Of a stretch of 64,000 bases of DNA, positions 20,321 to 31,420 are shown piece after piece. A program made the translations under genes and the position numbers. The notes under the pieces were generated by a model. The model worked only from the letters and a program-made list of their open reading frames with translations. It did no database searches and was not told the DNA's origin. The first letter of the stretch is position 1. Every line of letters begins with the position of its first letter. The stretch comes from Escherichia coli (GTDB lineage Bacteria; Pseudomonadota; Gammaproteobacteria; Enterobacterales; Enterobacteriaceae), in the NCBI RefSeq assembly GCF_003790525.1, contig NZ_CP033635.1. The stretch is one strand, 5' to 3'.

Positions 20321-21217
20321 TTATACAAAAAGTGACAAAAAAGATCGGGTTTGATCACAGTCAGGGATCCCAGCTCGTCCACCGGGACGTGTGCATTTTA
20401 ACGCCGCTACACCGCTGGCGAAGCGGACTGACTCCGCTAAATCCCCACCTGTGGCCAGCGCCACCGCCAAAGCGCCGTGAAAAACATCACCCGCTCCTGT
20501 GGTATCTACCACATCAACTTTGAAGGCCGGTTGATGTTGACGCCCGCCATTTTCCAGCCAGTCGCAGCCTGCGCTGCCCTGGGTCACATAGACATGACCA
20601 TTTGTGAGCGTTTGTGCCTGTTTTAGGGCACTCGCCATCTCTTTCACGCCCGTTAAGCGCGCCAGACCCGGTTCTGAAAAAGCTGCATGATCGCTTAACG
20701 CCACCAGTTCGCTGATATCCTGCGGCGTAATATCACCGTCCAGCACGGTCATTACGCCCGCCTGCCGCGCCAGAGTGAAGGCTTTTTTCGCGCCGTCGTG
20801 CCAGCGTACATCTGCCAGCACCACGTCCCACTGAGAGAAATCAATTTCCTCCAACCACTCTGCATCTGGCAGTAGGTCTGGGCTGGGATAGTTAATGATG
20901 ATTCGCTCACCTTTGGCATCCACCATGATGGCGGATTGCGAAGATTTCGCCTGGTTATACCGTTTGGTGTAACGGGTGTTAACGCCCCAGGATTCCAGCT
21001 CTGCCAGCAGGCTGTTACCCGTGTCGTCATCACCGACGCGACCAATAAAATCGACCTGCGCCCCCAGCCTTGCCGCCGCAACCGCTGCCGTCGCCGCTGG
21101 CCCGCCACCAACTTCCGTATAATTTCTCGCCACGTATTTACCGCTCTCCGTCGGTAATCCTTCCACGTAATAAATACGATCCATCACGGTAATACCTACA
21201 CAAGCAACACGAATCAT
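20321..21217 (-). CDS. yihV: 6-deoxy-6-sulfofructose kinase (PfkB family) YihV
   Basis: 298 aa, ribokinase-like with a GAGD motif. Synteny. Confidence 0.9.
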   Translation of the reverse strand: MIRVACVGITVMDRIYYVEGLPTESGKYVARNYTEVGGGPAATAAVAAARLGAQVDFIGRVGDDDTGNSLLAELESWGVNTRYTKRYNQAKSSQSAIMVDAKGERIIINYPSPDLLPDAEWLEEIDFSQWDVVLADVRWHDGAKKAFTLARQAGVMTVLDGDITPQDISELVALSDHAAFSEPGLARLTGVKEMASALKQAQTLTNGHVYVTQGSAGCDWLENGGRQHQPAFKVDVVDTTGAGDVFHGALAVALATGGDLAESVRFASGVAALKCTRPGGRAGIPDCDQTRSFLSLFV

Positions 21218-21384
21218 GGTCATTCCTTAAGCATTTTGGGATGCGTTCATTTTAATTTCACCAATTGTTTAAAAAGTGACGGCTGTCAATTTTTTGACGA
21301 TAAATTACAAATACGATCAAAAACAGACAAGCAAAGCATGTCATAAATGACAAAAAGTGACATCACTGTATTCAGGAGAGGGTT

Positions 21385-22281
21385 ATGGCAGCAATCGCGT
21401 TTATCGGTTTAGGACAAATGGGTTCGCCAATGGCGAGCAATTTATTGCAGCAAGGGCATCAACTTCGCGTCTTTGATGTGAACGCCGAAGCTGTGCGGCA
21501 TCTGGTAGACAAAGGTGCGACTCCCGCCGCCAACCCGGCGCAGGCCGCTAAAGATGCCGAATTTATCATTACCATGTTGCCGAATGGCGATCTGGTGCGC
21601 AGCGTGTTGTTCGGTGAAAACGGCGTTTGCGAAAGCTTATCTACCGATGCGCTGGTCATCGATATGTCGACCATCCATCCGCTGCAAACCGATAAATTGA
21701 TTGCCGATATGCAGGCCAGAGGCTTCAGCATGATGGATGTTCCGGTAGGCCGTACTTCTGCAAATGCCATTACCGGTACTCTGTTACTGCTGGCTGGCGG
21801 CACCGCTGAACAAGTTGAACGCGCCACACCGATCCTGATGGCGATGGGCAGCGAGTTGATCAACGCGGGCGGTCCGGGCATGGGGATCCGCGTTAAGCTT
21901 ATCAACAACTACATGAGCATCGCGCTCAATGCGTTGTCGGCAGAAGCCGCCGTTTTGTGCGAAGCCCTCAATCTTCCCTTCGATGTTGCCGTCAAGGTAA
22001 TGAGCGGTACTGCCGCCGGTAAAGGCCACTTCACCACTTCCTGGCCGAACAAAGTCCTCAGCGGGGATCTTTCTCCCGCCTTCATGATCGATCTTGCCCA
22101 TAAGGATCTTGGCATCGCCCTTGATGTCGCCAACCAGTTGCATGTGCCGATGCCACTGGGGGCCGCCTCACGGGAGGTTTATAGCCAGGCGCGCGCAGCG
22201 GGTCGCGGTCGCCAGGACTGGTCCGCCATTCTGGAGCAGGTCCGTGTCAGTGCCGGGATGACTGCCAAAGTAAAAATGTAA
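21385..22281 (+). CDS. yihU: 3-sulfolactaldehyde reductase YihU
   Basis: 298 aa, NAD-binding GLGQMG motif, beta-hydroxyacid dehydrogenase family. Confidence 0.9.
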   Translation: MAAIAFIGLGQMGSPMASNLLQQGHQLRVFDVNAEAVRHLVDKGATPAANPAQAAKDAEFIITMLPNGDLVRSVLFGENGVCESLSTDALVIDMSTIHPLQTDKLIADMQARGFSMMDVPVGRTSANAITGTLLLLAGGTAEQVERATPILMAMGSELINAGGPGMGIRVKLINNYMSIALNALSAEAAVLCEALNLPFDVAVKVMSGTAAGKGHFTTSWPNKVLSGDLSPAFMIDLAHKDLGIALDVANQLHVPMPLGAASREVYSQARAAGRGRQDWSAILEQVRVSAGMTAKVKM

Positions 22282-22304
22282 CGACTGGATAAAGGAATAA
22301 ATGA

Positions 22305-23183
22305 ATGAATAAGTACACCATCAACGACATTACGCGTGCATCGGGCGGTTTTGCCATGCTGGCGGTCGATCAGCGCGAAGCCATGCGCATGATGTTTGCC
22401 GCGGCTGGCGCACCCGCTCCAGTAGCCGATAGCGTTTTAACTGATTTCAAAGTTAACGCCGCGAAGACTCTTTCACCTTATGCATCGGCGATTCTGGTAG
22501 ATCAACAATTCTGCTACCGCCAGGTGGTTGAGCAAAACGCAATTGCCAAAAGCTGCGCCATGATCGTCGCTGCCGATGAATTTATTCCAGGCAACGGTAT
22601 TCCGGTGGATAGCGTAGTCATTGACCGCAAAATCAACCCGCAACAAATCAAACAAGACGGTGGCAAAGCCTTAAAACTGCTGGTGCTGTGGCGTAGTGAT
22701 GAAGATGCGCAGCAACGCCTGGATATGGTGAAAGAGTTCAATGAACTGTGCCACTCACACGGTCTGGTGAGCATCATTGAGCCAGTCGTTCGTCCGCCGC
22801 GTCGTGGCGATAAATTCGATCGCGAACAAGCAATCATCGATGCAGCCAAAGAGCTGGGTGATAGCGGTGCAGACCTCTACAAAGTTGAAATGCCGCTTTA
22901 CGGCAAAGGTCCGCAACAAGAGCTTCTCAGTGCTTCACAACGTTTGAATGACCATATCAATATGCCGTGGGTGATCCTCTCTTCCGGTGTCGACGAAAAA
23001 CTGTTCCCGCGTGCCGTACGCGTGGCAATGACGGCGGGCGCATCGGGATTCCTTGCAGGCCGTGCAGTCTGGGCATCGGTCGTCGGTTTACCAGACAACG
23101 AGTTGATGCTGCGTGACGTTTGCGCACCGAAATTACAACAACTTGGCGATATCGTCGACGAAATGATGGCTAAACGCCGTTAA
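22305..23183 (+). CDS. yihT: 6-deoxy-6-sulfofructose-1-phosphate aldolase YihT
   Basis: 292 aa, class I aldolase-like. Synteny. Confidence 0.9.
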   Translation: MNKYTINDITRASGGFAMLAVDQREAMRMMFAAAGAPAPVADSVLTDFKVNAAKTLSPYASAILVDQQFCYRQVVEQNAIAKSCAMIVAADEFIPGNGIPVDSVVIDRKINPQQIKQDGGKALKLLVLWRSDEDAQQRLDMVKEFNELCHSHGLVSIIEPVVRPPRRGDKFDREQAIIDAAKELGDSGADLYKVEMPLYGKGPQQELLSASQRLNDHINMPWVILSSGVDEKLFPRAVRVAMTAGASGFLAGRAVWASVVGLPDNELMLRDVCAPKLQQLGDIVDEMMAKRR

Positions 23184-23198
23184 GATGGGGATACAAAA

Positions 23199-24440
23199 AT
23201 GAAATGGTTTAACACCTTAAGTCACAACCGTTGGCTGGAACAGGAAACCGATCGCATCTTTGATTTTGGTAAAAATTCCGTGGTGCCGACTGGTTTTGGC
23301 TGGTTAGGCAATAAAGGGCAAATCAAAGAAGAGATGGGCACCCATCTGTGGATCACCGCCCGTATGTTACACGTTTATTCCGTTGCTGCGGCGATGGGTC
23401 GACCAGGCGCTTACTCGTTGGTTGATCACGGTATCAAAGCCATGAACGGCGCACTGCGCGATAAAAAATATGGCGGCTGGTATGCCTGTGTGAATGACGA
23501 GGGCGTGGTGGATGCCTCCAAACAGGGCTATCAACATTTCTTTGCCCTGCTGGGTGCCGCCAGTGCCGTCACAACGGGTCACCCGGAAGCGCGCAAGCTG
23601 CTCGATTACACCATTGAAATTATCGAGAAATACTTCTGGAGCGAAGAAGAGCAGATGTGCCTGGAATCCTGGGACGAAGCCTTCAGTAAAACCGAAGAGT
23701 ACCGCGGCGGCAACGCCAACATGCATGCGGTAGAAGCCTTCTTGATTGTTTATGACGTAACGCATGACAAAAAATGGCTGGATCGTGCGATTCGCGTAGC
23801 TTCCGTCATTATCCACGACGTCGCCAGAAATAATCATTATCGCGTTAACGAGCACTTCGATACCCAGTGGAATCCGCTGCCGGATTACAACAAAGATAAC
23901 CCGGCGCACCGCTTCCGCGCATTCGGAGGCACGCCGGGCCACTGGATCGAGTGGGGTCGTTTAATGCTGCACATCCATGCCGCCCTGGAAGCCCGCGGCG
24001 AACAGCCGCCAGCCTGGCTGTTAGAAGATGCCAAAGGTCTGTTCAACGCCACCGTGCGCGATGCCTGGGCGCCCGATGGTGCGGACGGGATTGTTTATAC
24101 CGTTGACTGGGAAGGAAAACCGGTCGTTCGCGAACGTGTGCGTTGGCCTATCGTCGAGGCGATGGGTACGGCTTACGCGCTCTACACCGTCACCGGCGAT
24201 CGCCAGTACGAAACCTGGTATCAGACATGGTGGGAGTACTGCATTAAGTACCTGATGGACTATGAAAATGGTTCCTGGTGGCAGGAGCTGGATGCGGACA
24301 ATAAGGTCACCACCAAAGTCTGGGACGGCAAACAGGATATTTATCACCTGCTGCATTGCCTGGTGATCCCGCGTATCCCGTTAGCCCCTGGTCTGGCTCC
24401 GGCAGTTGCGGCGGGGCTGCTGGACGTGAATGCCAAATAA
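23199..24440 (+). CDS. yihS: Sulfoquinovose isomerase YihS
   Basis: 413 aa, N-acyl-glucosamine 2-epimerase-like fold. Synteny. Confidence 0.9.
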   Translation: MKWFNTLSHNRWLEQETDRIFDFGKNSVVPTGFGWLGNKGQIKEEMGTHLWITARMLHVYSVAAAMGRPGAYSLVDHGIKAMNGALRDKKYGGWYACVNDEGVVDASKQGYQHFFALLGAASAVTTGHPEARKLLDYTIEIIEKYFWSEEEQMCLESWDEAFSKTEEYRGGNANMHAVEAFLIVYDVTHDKKWLDRAIRVASVIIHDVARNNHYRVNEHFDTQWNPLPDYNKDNPAHRFRAFGGTPGHWIEWGRLMLHIHAALEARGEQPPAWLLEDAKGLFNATVRDAWAPDGADGIVYTVDWEGKPVVRERVRWPIVEAMGTAYALYTVTGDRQYETWYQTWWEYCIKYLMDYENGSWWQELDADNKVTTKVWDGKQDIYHLLHCLVIPRIPLAPGLAPAVAAGLLDVNAK

Positions 24441-24456
24441 CTGACTGAAAACCCTA

Positions 24457-24506
24457 ACCCTCTCCCCAAAGGGGAGAGGGGACCGCCCGGCGCAGTTTTT
24501 TGGTTT
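24457..24506 (+). terminator. Rho-independent terminator after yihS
   Basis: ccctctcccc-aaa-ggggagaggg hairpin followed by a T-run (gcagttttttggttt). Confidence 0.6.
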
Positions 24507-24558
24507 GACATCAGCCTCATGGGAGGCTGTATACCGTTTTTTAATTAAGGTACCTCGT

Positions 24559-25458
24559 ATGCAAACCACCAATATGCATTGCAGTGGACAGACCGTTTCA
24601 CTCACCGCTGGGGATTATCACGCAACTATCGTGACGGTTGGCGCAGGTCTGGCTGAATTAACTTTTCAGGGCTGCCATTTAGTTATTCCGCATAAACCCG
24701 AAGAGATGCCGCTGGCACACCTGGGCAAAGTCCTTATTCCCTGGCCTAACCGGATTGCCAACGGCTGTTATCGCTATCAGGGGCAGGAATATCAGTTACC
24801 CATTAATGAACATGGTTCAAAAGCCGCTATTCACGGGCTGCTTGCCTGGCGTGACTGGCAAATAAGCGAACAAACCACCACCAGCGTCACATTAACGGCC
24901 TTTTTGCCGCCCAGTTACGGCTATCCGTTTATGCTGGCCTCGCAAGTTGTTTATTCGCTCAACGCACGCACGGGCCTTTCCGTTGAGATCGCAAGCCAGA
25001 ATATCGGCACTGTCGCAGCACCTTATGGTGTGGGTATTCATCCTTATTTAACCTGCAACTTAACGCCTGTTGATGACTATGTATTCCAGCTTCCAGCAGA
25101 ACAGGTTTATGCCGTCGAGCACGCGAATCCGACAACGCTTCACCACGTTGATGAGCTGGATTTAAATTTCACGCAGGCGAAAAAAATAGCCGCGACAAAA
25201 ATCGACCACACCTTTAAAACCGCTAATGATCTGTGGGAAATGACCATTACCCATCCACAACAGGTTCTTTCGGTAAGCCTTTGTTCCGATCAACCCTGGG
25301 TGCAGGTTTATAGCGGAGAAAAATTACAGCGCCAGGGCCTGGCAGTTGAACCTATGAGTTGCCCGCCTAACGCCTTTAATTCAGGTATCGACTTATTATT
25401 ACTGGAACCAGGAAAAACGCACCGCCTGTTTTTTAATATTTACGGACAGAGAAAATAA
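24559..25458 (+). CDS. yihR: Aldose-1-epimerase-like (sulfoquinovose mutarotase) YihR
   Basis: Start is uncertain. The track ORF opens at 24505, but ATG 24559 has an aagg SD at the right distance. Galactose mutarotase-like fold. Confidence 0.8.
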   Translation: MQTTNMHCSGQTVSLTAGDYHATIVTVGAGLAELTFQGCHLVIPHKPEEMPLAHLGKVLIPWPNRIANGCYRYQGQEYQLPINEHGSKAAIHGLLAWRDWQISEQTTTSVTLTAFLPPSYGYPFMLASQVVYSLNARTGLSVEIASQNIGTVAAPYGVGIHPYLTCNLTPVDDYVFQLPAEQVYAVEHANPTTLHHVDELDLNFTQAKKIAATKIDHTFKTANDLWEMTITHPQQVLSVSLCSDQPWVQVYSGEKLQRQGLAVEPMSCPPNAFNSGIDLLLLEPGKTHRLFFNIYGQRK

Positions 25459-25655
25459 CTTGTATTGATTAGCAGTCAAAATCATTGAAGAACATTTCAC
25501 TCGTAAAGGCAACGTTATGTATCTTCAATTTATTAAGTTAAAAAAAGCTCAGCTTCTGTAAAGTTTATATATATCAGTTTTATGAGAATCATTTTACATA
25601 AGCCTGTAATAACGGGAAGGAAACAATCTCGTCCTCAACTCTATGGAGATTATTT

Positions 25656-27692
25656 ATGGATACGCCACGCCCACAGCTATTAGATTTTCAATTTCATCAG
25701 AATAACGACAGTTTTACTCTACGTTTTCAAGACCGCCTTATTTTAATCCATAGCAAAGATAATCCTTGCTTATCGATTGGCTCAGGTATAGCGGATATCG
25801 ATATGTTCCGCGGTAATTTCAGCATTAAAGATAAATTGCAGGAGAAAATTGCGCTTACCGACGCCATCGTCAGCCAGTCACCGGATGGTTGGTTAATCCA
25901 TTTCAGCCGTGGTTCTGACATTAGCGCCACGCTGCGTATCTCTGCCGACGATCAGGGCCGTTTATTGCTGGAACTACAAAACGACAACCATCACCACAAC
26001 CGCATCTGGCTGCGTCTTGCCGCACAACCAGAGGACCATATCTACGGCTGCGGCGAACAATTCTCCTACTTTGATCTGCGCGGCAAACCGTTCCCGCTAT
26101 GGACCAGTGAACAAGGCGTTGGTCGCAACAAACAAACCTATGTCACCTGGCAGGCCGACTGCAAAGAGAACGCGGGCGGCGACTATTACTGGACTTTCTT
26201 CCCGCAGCCTACGTTTGTCAGCACGCAGAAGTATTACTGCCATGTTGATAACAGTTGCTATATGAACTTCGACTTTAGTGCCCCGGAATACCATGAACTG
26301 GCGCTGTGGGAAGAGAAAGCAACACTGCGTTTTGAATGTGCTGACACATACATCTCCCTGTTAGAAAAATTAACCGCCCTGCTGGGACGCCAGCCAGAAC
26401 TGCCCGACTGGATTTATGACGGGGTAACGCTCGGCATTCAGGGCGGGACTGAAGTGTGCCAGAAGAAACTGGACACCATGCGTAACGCGGGCGTGAAGGT
26501 CAACGGCATCTGGGCGCAGGACTGGTCCGGGATCCGTATGACCTCGTTTGGTAAACGTGTGATGTGGAACTGGAAGTGGAACAGCGAAAACTATCCGCAA
26601 CTGGATTCGCGTATTAAACAGTGGAACAAAGAAGGCGTGCAGTTCCTCGCCTACATCAACCCGTATGTTGCCAGCGATAAGGACCTCTGCGCCGAGGCGG
26701 CTTCACACGGCTATCTGGCAAAAGATGCCTCTGGCGGCGACTATCTGGTGGAGTTTGGCGAGTTCTATGGCGGCGTTGTCGATCTCACCAATCCAGAAGC
26801 CTACGCCTGGTTCAAGGAAGTGATCAAAAAGAACATGATTGAACTTGGCTGCGGCGGCTGGATGGCTGACTTCGGCGAGTATCTGCCCACCGACACGTAC
26901 CTGCATAACGGCGTCAGCGCGGAAATTATGCATAACGCCTGGCCTGCGCTGTGGGCGAAATGTAACTACGAAGCCCTTGAAGAAACAGGCAAGCTCGGCG
27001 AGCTCCTCTTCTTTATGCGCGCCGGTTCTACCGGTAGCCAGAAATACTCCACCATGATGTGGGCGGGCGACCAGAACGTTGACTGGAGTCTGGACGATGG
27101 ACTGGCGTCAGTCGTCCCGGCGGCGCTGTCTCTGGCAATGACCGGACATGGCCTGCATCACAGTGATATTGGCGGTTACACCACCCTGTTTGAGATGAAG
27201 CGCAGCAAAGAGCTGCTGCTGCGCTGGTGCGATTTCAGCGCCTTCACGCCGATGATGCGCACCCACGAAGGTAACCGTCCTGGCGACAACTGGCAGTTTG
27301 ATAGCGACGCGGAAACTATCGCCCATTTTGCCCGTATGACCACCGTCTTCACCACCCTGAAACCTTACCTGAAAGAGGCCGTCGCGCTGAATGCGAAGTC
27401 CGGCCTGCCGGTTATGCGCCCGCTGTTCCTGCATTACGAAGACGACGCGCAGACCTACACCCTGAAATATCAGTACCTGTTAGGCCGCGACATTCTGGTC
27501 GCTCCGGTGCATGAAGAAGGCCGTAGCGACTGGACGCTCTATCTGCCGGAGGATAACTGGGTCCATGCCTGGACGGGTGAAGCGTTCCGGGGCGGGGAAG
27601 TTACCGTTAATGCGCCCATCGGTAAACCGCCGGTCTTTTATCGCGCCGGTAGCGAATGGGCGGCACTGTTCGCCACGTTAAAAAGTATCTAA
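25656..27692 (+). CDS. yihQ: Sulfoquinovosidase (GH31 alpha-glucosidase family) YihQ
   Basis: 678 aa carrying GH31 catalytic-region motifs (WNDMNE-like GIWAQDWSG / WMADFGE). Confidence 0.9.
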   Translation: MDTPRPQLLDFQFHQNNDSFTLRFQDRLILIHSKDNPCLSIGSGIADIDMFRGNFSIKDKLQEKIALTDAIVSQSPDGWLIHFSRGSDISATLRISADDQGRLLLELQNDNHHHNRIWLRLAAQPEDHIYGCGEQFSYFDLRGKPFPLWTSEQGVGRNKQTYVTWQADCKENAGGDYYWTFFPQPTFVSTQKYYCHVDNSCYMNFDFSAPEYHELALWEEKATLRFECADTYISLLEKLTALLGRQPELPDWIYDGVTLGIQGGTEVCQKKLDTMRNAGVKVNGIWAQDWSGIRMTSFGKRVMWNWKWNSENYPQLDSRIKQWNKEGVQFLAYINPYVASDKDLCAEAASHGYLAKDASGGDYLVEFGEFYGGVVDLTNPEAYAWFKEVIKKNMIELGCGGWMADFGEYLPTDTYLHNGVSAEIMHNAWPALWAKCNYEALEETGKLGELLFFMRAGSTGSQKYSTMMWAGDQNVDWSLDDGLASVVPAALSLAMTGHGLHHSDIGGYTTLFEMKRSKELLLRWCDFSAFTPMMRTHEGNRPGDNWQFDSDAETIAHFARMTTVFTTLKPYLKEAVALNAKSGLPVMRPLFLHYEDDAQTYTLKYQYLLGRDILVAPVHEEGRSDWTLYLPEDNWVHAWTGEAFRGGEVTVNAPIGKPPVFYRAGSEWAALFATLKSI

Positions 27693-27737
27693 TCATGTCC
27701 GCCCGTGGGGAAACTCACGGGCAAAGGGAGAACAACG

Positions 27738-29123
27738 ATGAGTCACATCACAACGGAAGATCCAGCAACTTTACGCCTGCCCTTTAAAGAGAAACTCTCT
27801 TACGGTATTGGCGACCTGGCCTCTAACATCCTGCTGGATATTGGTACGCTTTATCTTTTGAAGTTTTATACCGACGTTCTGGGGCTGCCTGGCACCTATG
27901 GTGGCATTATCTTTTTGATTTCAAAATTCTTTACTGCGTTTACCGATATGGGAACAGGCATCATGCTGGATTCCCGACGCAAGATCGGCCCAAAAGGCAA
28001 GTTCCGTCCTTTTATTCTGTATGCGTCATTCCCGGTCACCCTGCTGGCGATCGCCAACTTTATCGGTACGCCGTTCGATGTCACCGGTAAAACGGTGATG
28101 GCCACCATCCTGTTTATGCTTTACGGACTGTTTTTCAGCATGATGAACTGCTCGTATGGCGCGATGGTCCCCGCTATTACTAAAAACCCCAACGAACGTG
28201 CATCGCTGGCAGCATGGCGTCAGGGTGGCGCTACATTAGGCCTGCTGCTGTGTACGGTGGGATTCGTGCCGGTTATGAATCTTATCGAAGGTAATCAGCA
28301 ACTTGGCTATATCTTCGCCGCCACGCTGTTTTCACTGTTCGGCCTGCTGTTTATGTGGATCTGCTACTCGGGCGTGAAAGAGCGTTATGTCGAAACCCAA
28401 CCTACCAATCCGGCGCAAAAGCCTGGCTTGTTGCAGTCTTTCCGCGCGATTGCTGGTAACCGCCCACTGTTCATTCTGTGTATTGCCAACCTCTGCACTT
28501 TAGGGGCGTTTAACGTCAAGCTCGCCATTCAGGTCTATTACACCCAGTACGTGCTCAACGATCCCATCCTGTTGTCATATATGGGATTTTTCAGCATGGG
28601 CTGTATTTTCATCGGCGTGTTCCTGATGCCCGGCGCAGTCAGACGTTTTGGTAAGAAGAAGGTCTATATCGGCGGCCTGCTGATTTGGGTGCTTGGCGAT
28701 CTGCTCAACTATTTCTTTGGCGGCGGTTCGGTCAGCTTCGTGGCGTTCTCCTGCCTGGCATTCTTCGGCTCAGCGTTTGTTAACAGCCTGAACTGGGCGC
28801 TGGTTTCCGACACCGTCGAGTACGGCGAGTGGCGCACCGGTGTGCGTTCGGAAGGTACGGTCTACACCGGTTTCACCTTCTTTCGCAAAGTATCTCAGGC
28901 GCTGGCAGGTTTCTTCCCAGGCTGGATGCTGACGCAAATCGGCTATGTGCCAAACGTCGCCCAGGCTGACCACACTATCGAAGGGTTGCGCCAACTGATC
29001 TTCATCTACCCAAGCGCACTGGCAGTAGTCACCATCGTGGCAATGGGTTGCTTCTACAGTCTGAACGAGAAGATGTACGTCCGCATTGTTGAAGAGATAG
29101 AAGCCCGTAAACGCACGGCGTAA
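27738..29123 (+). CDS. yihP: GPH-family sugar:cation symporter YihP
   Basis: About 461-aa 12-TM transporter, paralogous to the next gene. Start chosen at MSHITTEDP; the track ORF opens at 27705. Confidence 0.85.
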   Translation: MSHITTEDPATLRLPFKEKLSYGIGDLASNILLDIGTLYLLKFYTDVLGLPGTYGGIIFLISKFFTAFTDMGTGIMLDSRRKIGPKGKFRPFILYASFPVTLLAIANFIGTPFDVTGKTVMATILFMLYGLFFSMMNCSYGAMVPAITKNPNERASLAAWRQGGATLGLLLCTVGFVPVMNLIEGNQQLGYIFAATLFSLFGLLFMWICYSGVKERYVETQPTNPAQKPGLLQSFRAIAGNRPLFILCIANLCTLGAFNVKLAIQVYYTQYVLNDPILLSYMGFFSMGCIFIGVFLMPGAVRRFGKKKVYIGGLLIWVLGDLLNYFFGGGSVSFVAFSCLAFFGSAFVNSLNWALVSDTVEYGEWRTGVRSEGTVYTGFTFFRKVSQALAGFFPGWMLTQIGYVPNVAQADHTIEGLRQLIFIYPSALAVVTIVAMGCFYSLNEKMYVRIVEEIEARKRTA

Positions 29124-29165
29124 TTATAATAAACAACGCCCTGCGGGGCGTTATAAGGAGTGATT

Positions 29166-30569
29166 ATGTCTGACCATAATCCACTGACATTAAGACTGAA
29201 TCTGCGGGAAAAAATCGCCTATGGTATGGGCGACGTCGGTTCGAATTTAATGCTCTGCATCGGTACTCTGTATCTCCTCAAATTTTATACCGATGAATTA
29301 GGGATGCCTGCTTACTATGGCGGGATTATCTTTCTGGTGGCGAAGTTTTTTACCGCATTTACCGATATGCTCACCGGATTTTTACTCGACTCGCGGAAAA
29401 ATATTGGGCCTAAAGGCAAATTTCGTCCCTTTATTTTATATGCAGCGGTTCCGGCGGCGTTAATTGCAACGCTCCAGTTTATCGCCACCACCTTTAGTTT
29501 GCCGGTTAAAACGACGATTGCCACCGCACTGTTTATGATGTTTGGACTTTCATACAGTCTGATGAACTGCTCGTATGGTGCGATGATCCCGGCCATTACC
29601 AAAAACCCCAATGAGCGCGCGCAGCTCGCGGCTTACCGCCAGGGTGGTGCAACCATAGGGCTATTGATTTGTACCGTGGCGTTTATTCCGTTGCAGTCGC
29701 TTTTTTCTGACTCAACCGTCGGTTATGCCTGTGCGGCACTGATGTTCTCCATTGGCGGCTTTATTTTTATGATGCTGTGCTACAGAGGCGTCAAAGAGCA
29801 TTATGTGGACACCACGCCAACCGGACATAAGGCCAGTATTCTCAAATCATTTTGCGCGATATTTCATAATCCACCTTTGCTGGTATTGTGCATTGCTAAC
29901 CTGTGTACTCTGGCGGCATTTAATATCAAACTGGCGATTCAGGTCTATTACACCCAGTATGTGCTGAATGATATTAATTTATTGTCGTGGATGGGATTTT
30001 TCAGTATGGGATGCATCCTCGTCGGCGTATTACTGGTGCCATTAACTGTAAAATGTTTTGGTAAAAAACAGGTTTATTTAGCTGGCATGGTGCTATGGGC
30101 GGTTGGTGATATCCTGAATTATTTCTGGGGAAGTAACTCTTTCACTTTCGTCATGTTCTCTTGTGTCGCCTTTTTTGGCACGGCCTTTGTAAACAGCCTG
30201 AACTGGGCACTGGTGCCAGATACCGTAGATTACGGTGAATGGAAAACCGGTATACGTGCCGAAGGTTCTGTTTATACCGGTTATACCTTCTTTCGTAAAA
30301 TTTCAGCCGCACTTGCTGGCTTCTTGCCAGGCATTATGCTGACGCAAATCGGTTATGTTCCCAACATCGCGCAAAGCGATGCGACATTACAGGGTTTGCG
30401 TCAGCTCATTTTTATCTGGCCTTGTGCGCTGGCAATGATTGCTGCATTGACGATGGGGTTCTTTTACACGCTCAATGAGAAACGGTTTGCACTGATTATT
30501 GAGGAAATTAACCAACGCAAAAATAAAGAAATTGAGACAGAAGAAAAAACGGCTTCCGTAACGTTATAA
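29166..30569 (+). CDS. yihO: Sulfoquinovose/GPH-family transporter YihO
   Basis: 467 aa from MSDHNPLTL.., paralog of YihP. Synteny. Confidence 0.9.
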   Translation: MSDHNPLTLRLNLREKIAYGMGDVGSNLMLCIGTLYLLKFYTDELGMPAYYGGIIFLVAKFFTAFTDMLTGFLLDSRKNIGPKGKFRPFILYAAVPAALIATLQFIATTFSLPVKTTIATALFMMFGLSYSLMNCSYGAMIPAITKNPNERAQLAAYRQGGATIGLLICTVAFIPLQSLFSDSTVGYACAALMFSIGGFIFMMLCYRGVKEHYVDTTPTGHKASILKSFCAIFHNPPLLVLCIANLCTLAAFNIKLAIQVYYTQYVLNDINLLSWMGFFSMGCILVGVLLVPLTVKCFGKKQVYLAGMVLWAVGDILNYFWGSNSFTFVMFSCVAFFGTAFVNSLNWALVPDTVDYGEWKTGIRAEGSVYTGYTFFRKISAALAGFLPGIMLTQIGYVPNIAQSDATLQGLRQLIFIWPCALAMIAALTMGFFYTLNEKRFALIIEEINQRKNKEIETEEKTASVTL

Positions 30570-30635
30570 ATGTCAATAGCCGCTATTTCCATCCTGGTGG
30601 GTGGCGGCCTCCCTACGCTTAAAAATGGACTTATT

Positions 30636-31328
30636 ATGAAAAAGATTAATGCAATAATTCTATTATCCTCTCTGACCTCTGCCTCGGTATTTGCTGGCGC
30701 ATACGTCGAAAACAGGGAGGCATATAATCTCGCCTCCGATCAGGGCGAGGTTATGCTACGTGTGGGTTATAACTTCGATATGGGCGCGGGTATTATGTTA
30801 ACCAATACCTACACCTTTCAGCGAGAAGATGAACTCAAACATGGATATAACGAAATCGAAGGTTGGTATCCGTTATTCAAACCAACCGATAAATTAACCA
30901 TCCAGCCCGGTGGCTTAATTAATGATAAGAGTATCGGTTCGGGTGGTGCTGTTTATCTGGATGTTAACTACAAATTTACTCCATGGTTTAACCTGACGGT
31001 ACGTAATCGTTTTAACCATAATAACTACAGCTCAACCGATTTGAACGGTGATCTGGATAATAATGACAGCTACGAGATTGGCAACTACTGGAACTTTATT
31101 ATTACCGATAAGTTCTCATATACCTTTGAACCGCATTATTTTTATAACATTAATGATTTCAATAGCAGCAATGGTACGAAGCATCACTGGGAAATCACTA
31201 ACACCTTCCGTTATCGCATTAATGAGCACTGGTTGCCCTATATTGAATTGCGCTGGTTAGATCGCAACGTAGAGCCGTACCACCGCGAGCAAAACCAGAT
31301 TCGTATCGGGACGAAGTATTTCTTCTGA
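30636..31328 (+). CDS. ompL: Outer-membrane porin OmpL
   Basis: 230 aa from MKKINAIILLSSLTSASVFA (signal peptide) with a C-terminal ..IGTKYFF beta-barrel motif. Confidence 0.9.
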   Translation: MKKINAIILLSSLTSASVFAGAYVENREAYNLASDQGEVMLRVGYNFDMGAGIMLTNTYTFQREDELKHGYNEIEGWYPLFKPTDKLTIQPGGLINDKSIGSGGAVYLDVNYKFTPWFNLTVRNRFNHNNYSSTDLNGDLDNNDSYEIGNYWNFIITDKFSYTFEPHYFYNINDFNSSNGTKHHWEITNTFRYRINEHWLPYIELRWLDRNVEPYHREQNQIRIGTKYFF

Positions 31329-31334
31329 TGTAAA

Positions 31335-31420
31335 ACTGCCGGATGCGGCGAAAACGCCTTATCCGGCCTACGGTTGATACGGTTTCCGTTGGCCGGATTA
31401 AGCCACATCCGGCCATTAAT
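31335..31420. repeat. REP element pair
   Basis: gccggatgcggcgaaaacgccttatccggcctac ... ggccggattaagccacatccggcc. Confidence 0.75.
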
